NCBI GenBank assembly: GCA_040954595.2
Contig: CM082578.2
Coordinates: 7,735,519 to 7,799,518 of the forward strand
Source of the DNA: Balanoglossus misakiensis
Lineage: Eukaryota > Animalia > Hemichordata
Length of the DNA: 64,000 bases
Reading direction: 5' to 3'
Below the pieces are notes generated by a model. The model was not told where the DNA came from. It searched no databases and saw only the letters and a list, made by a program, of their open reading frames with translations. The first letter of the stretch is position 1; each line of letters opens with the position of its first letter. Positions 55,116 to 64,000 of the stretch are shown piece by piece. The translations under genes were made by a program, and so were the position numbers.

Positions 55116-57019
55116 ACGGAAGAAGTTGACGGATTTGTATCCAACGTGTGTGCGGTTTACATTGTATCAATGTTTCTTGACAAGAATATGCCGTAGACGT
55201 AGTTTCATAGGGCGGAGCGTGTTTCTGGACCGGTATCAAGTACTAGACTATTGATGGTCATGTGATGGTTTTACTCCCACTGGATATATTGTTGCTGGTG
55301 TTGTTGTTTACTGAAAGATACAATGTAAGCGTGTTTACTGCCTTCTGTGATTTAATCAAGACACACTGCATGTGTTCGTAACTGTACTGCCAATTTCAAG
55401 AGAATATTAATTGTCAACAATGCGGGTAGAGTATAGACATTTCAGACGGACGATATGCGTGAATTTATTTTGTCATCTTTGTATCATTTATGAATCCGCC
55501 ATTGAAAGGCACGAACAATACAGAAGGCTAAGGCTCATAAAACCCCTTTATTTCGTAAATAGTTTCGTCAGTTTTTATTTGGTAATTTGTTAATGCATTT
55601 TAATTATACTTTTGTTCTTAAACCAATTTTTATTCATTTAGATTTTAACTTCACCTTTCATTTTCATTTTGAAAGCGATTTTGGTTTTATGTATGGTTTA
55701 TACTTTCAATTGAGGTCTTGCTGTTCAATTACTAGTATCTCTGGCTCTCGAAAGCAAACTTACTTTTAATTGTTTTTTTAATAAACCCCGTTTCATTTTA
55801 TTTTTAGTTTCCATCACCACGTAATTTTGCATTCCAATTTCTATTTTGATTTTAGTTGGCACGTTACCCCCTGCCATGCAAATGCTAGTAGAGCACGCCC
55901 TCAAGCGACGGAAATGTCAGTCTATTTGTTTGCCCTTCCTTACGTATCTTAATATGTGCTTGAATATAGTGATGATACTCCAGTGCACCGTGTAGTGTTC
56001 TCGCAGTCTCGTCTTGTATTTAAAAAACTGTTGCTCTTTACTTCTTTCAAGAAATAACGTATTCCGACCTGTTGAAAGAGACCACAAGCCTACAATAGTT
56101 ACGTAAGCGCCCTTTGTCAGAAGAGTATATGGTTGTCCTCGCCTTGTATGAGAATATTGCAGGCTGGGCATTTGACCTTGCAGCATCACGCGAAGAATAA
56201 ACAGGTACGCTATTTTTTGAACTTTTGGTGTCATTACTGCGTGCATGCCCTCCGCTCCGGACTAAAATCTAAATGCATTATTACATTTTATTGACAAGAT
56301 AAATACTGAACACGTTTAATCATGCATGCTTTAGCGTGAAACGGTGGTTATTGCGCACCGACAAAAATAGTGGAATGAGCTATTTGTGGAAAAGTTGTTT
56401 ACCGCAGTAGTTAAAGGAATATCGATGCTCTCTGTTATCTGCTAGAACACAAATTTTGTCAGACGATTGTAACTTTCCTCCTTGTTCATTCCCGGTTTCT
56501 GAAACTTAACATATTACACGACAGCGTATTGCCTTTTCAGTACAACTTTTGTCTTCAGGAACAACTGACACCTGGATGCATGCATGCTTGCTCATAATTA
56601 TAATTGACATTAATTGTGCATTAATCAAATATGCACTATTTCTCCTCGCCTGCTCAACGACGATCTATATGCTCCGAGAAAGTGGGAACGTTAAAACTTT
56701 GCTGAGTGCGTGCAACAGTTTCTGTATCAGCGCGAGATTTGGCTATTGATCTAGCTGTAATCAATGTTCTGTTGTGTTGTGTATGTGTCTCGAGGTTCCC
56801 CGCCGCTTTCAGCTAGCCAGGACAATAACGGTATAGACAGTATGGAAGCGCCATCAGAGCAATTAGATAGAACACATACAGTTTCCTTTTCATGAAGATC
56901 ATTAGATGTTTTGTTCTTGACTCTCATTGATACATTCCAAAATACACGTATTTTTTAAGTATGATATGACGTAATACTTCCACAAAAGGGCCGTACATAG
57001 TTTCAAAAGTAACAGCTAG

Positions 57020-57158
57020 TGGCCAGTCAAGAGACTTTCCTAAACTGGTCTTTATAGACAGGTGGCCTTCATAGTCAGGTCATTAAATGTGCATGCAAAT
57101 TGCACAGGGATTGTGGCCACTATATAAAGGGGTGGCCACTAACACAGGTTTGACTGTA
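57020..57158. mobile_element. Partial Tc1/pogo-type MITE end
   Basis: Ends ACAGGTTTGACTG|TA with internal (CAG)GTGGCC sub-repeats typical of TA-CAGTCAAACCTG MITEs. No matching left TIR found. Confidence 0.4.
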
Positions 57159-57740
57159 ATTTCTGCATAATATAGGGCGTATTAGTATGTGTGAAAATGG
57201 GAACCAACATATTTGGTCGCCCCTGAAAACCATTATAAAAACATGTGCAGAGTTAGTGATTTTGGATTTCAGAATTTCGTTGCGACGTTTAAACGGTGAT
57301 CATAGTGGGCTAGGTATTTGAGTACAACGTTACTATTTCTCGGGGTTCATATTATTGTCAATCAAAACCATTATCTCTGTATAGAGAAAAAAAAACAATA
57401 CAATTTTCTGGCCCCTAACAAATTGGTTCTCATGAAAGTGAAAAGAAATCATGATTGATCGGGGCTCCCTAAGTTCTAAGAGATATTTTCGGACTATAGA
57501 ATAAAAGCTTTAATAGACAAAGTAAACAACAGCTAATACGAATGAATTAAAATCACCAATGTTCTTTAAAAATTTGCCACTCCCATTTTGCCAGCGAGTG
57601 TTAAATTCCACTTTTGTACTTTCTGTCCCACTGTCTGCAGCAACAACGGTCCCGCCTGACGTGGGCAGTATAGTGTAGCACAATTTTGTATTAGCCTATA
57701 ACTATAAGCTTGAGTCACTTTCGACGCAGGCTATTGCAAG

Positions 57741-63142
<5,402 letters not shown>

Positions 63143-64000
63143 GTAAGCTAAGAATTTAATAAATGCGGAAGTCGGACACACACTACATCTGCAAAGTTTC
63201 CCCCGAAGGCTGGATTTGGTTTCTCGTGACCCGGGCGGCACTGTTTGTTTCCGTGTAGTTTTATTGTCGAGAAAACACACACATTTAATAGTGGTGATCG
63301 TGGTCACTCTAAAATCTCGTCGATGCAATGATGGGGTTTTTGGGTATTGTCACACGTCAAAGGCAGACCACTTGTTGTTCTGTGCATTCGATATTTTAAT
63401 GTATCTTGAAAAGCCACAACTTATTCATGATTTCAGCCGCAAAATTCATCGTTCATTGCTTCCACCCCATTTTATTTTATTCCCCGGCCGACCCCCGACC
63501 CATCTGTTCCTTGAAAAGTGAAAAGTCGCCCAAGAATACTGATATTTGTCGAAACCCGAGCGCTGTTTCCTTAAGTCAAGAATGTGGTGAGAAGCTGTAA
63601 AGAACGAGGAAGAGAAACTAGCAAATCTCTGAGAAGTGGGCGTGCTGTCTTTATACGACTTCACTCACGAAAGTGGAATTTTTCTGAGTCATACTCGTCG
63701 TGTTTGACGACGAATCACCGGGCGACTGCCAATCGAATTTCATGACACGGACAGACACAGGTCGAAGGGTTAATAGTGAATTGTGTTTATCATCGACACA
63801 CACTCAGTACTTAACACGGTAGCAAAAGGGGAACTTATTTAACTGCAGCCAAGTTTCGGAAAGTGACGCATGCGCAGAAACACACATAAAAATCGAGGGG
63901 TATATATTCTTACCCAATTTCCTTACAGACGCTAGATTAAAACAGAGTATGAAACTTTCAAAGCAACACTGACAGTTTGAGAGACCTGAAAGAGATTGCA

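Overview
Eukaryotic, intron-rich animal genomic DNA. A marine invertebrate deuterostome is my inference from gene content and repeats, not something the sequence proves. I rebuilt the gene models by hand from GT-AG junctions and checked reading-frame phase at every junction. Left to right: (1) first coding exon of a minus-strand TRPC/ankyrin-like gene running off the left edge; (2) a BTB-BACK-Kelch gene with an intronless CDS (3447-5183); (3) a 27-exon, ~2776-aa non-classical cadherin (10095-41446) with a ~15 kb first intron, 23 cadherin repeats, a membrane-adjacent domain containing RRLL, one TM helix and a tail motif I recognise from vertebrate CDHR3/CDHR4; (4,5) two tandem SLC6 amino-acid (glycine-transporter-like) paralogues, the second cut by the right edge. 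MITEs and microsatellites are also present. Most notable: the giant CDHR3/4-type cadherin with a cluster of RFX X-boxes (a possible ciliary adhesion system), exon-restricted near-identity between the SLC6 paralogues (gene conversion), their atypical substrate-site residues, and an excess of TA-NN-N'N'-TA palindromes that look like transposon excision footprints. No database searches were run.
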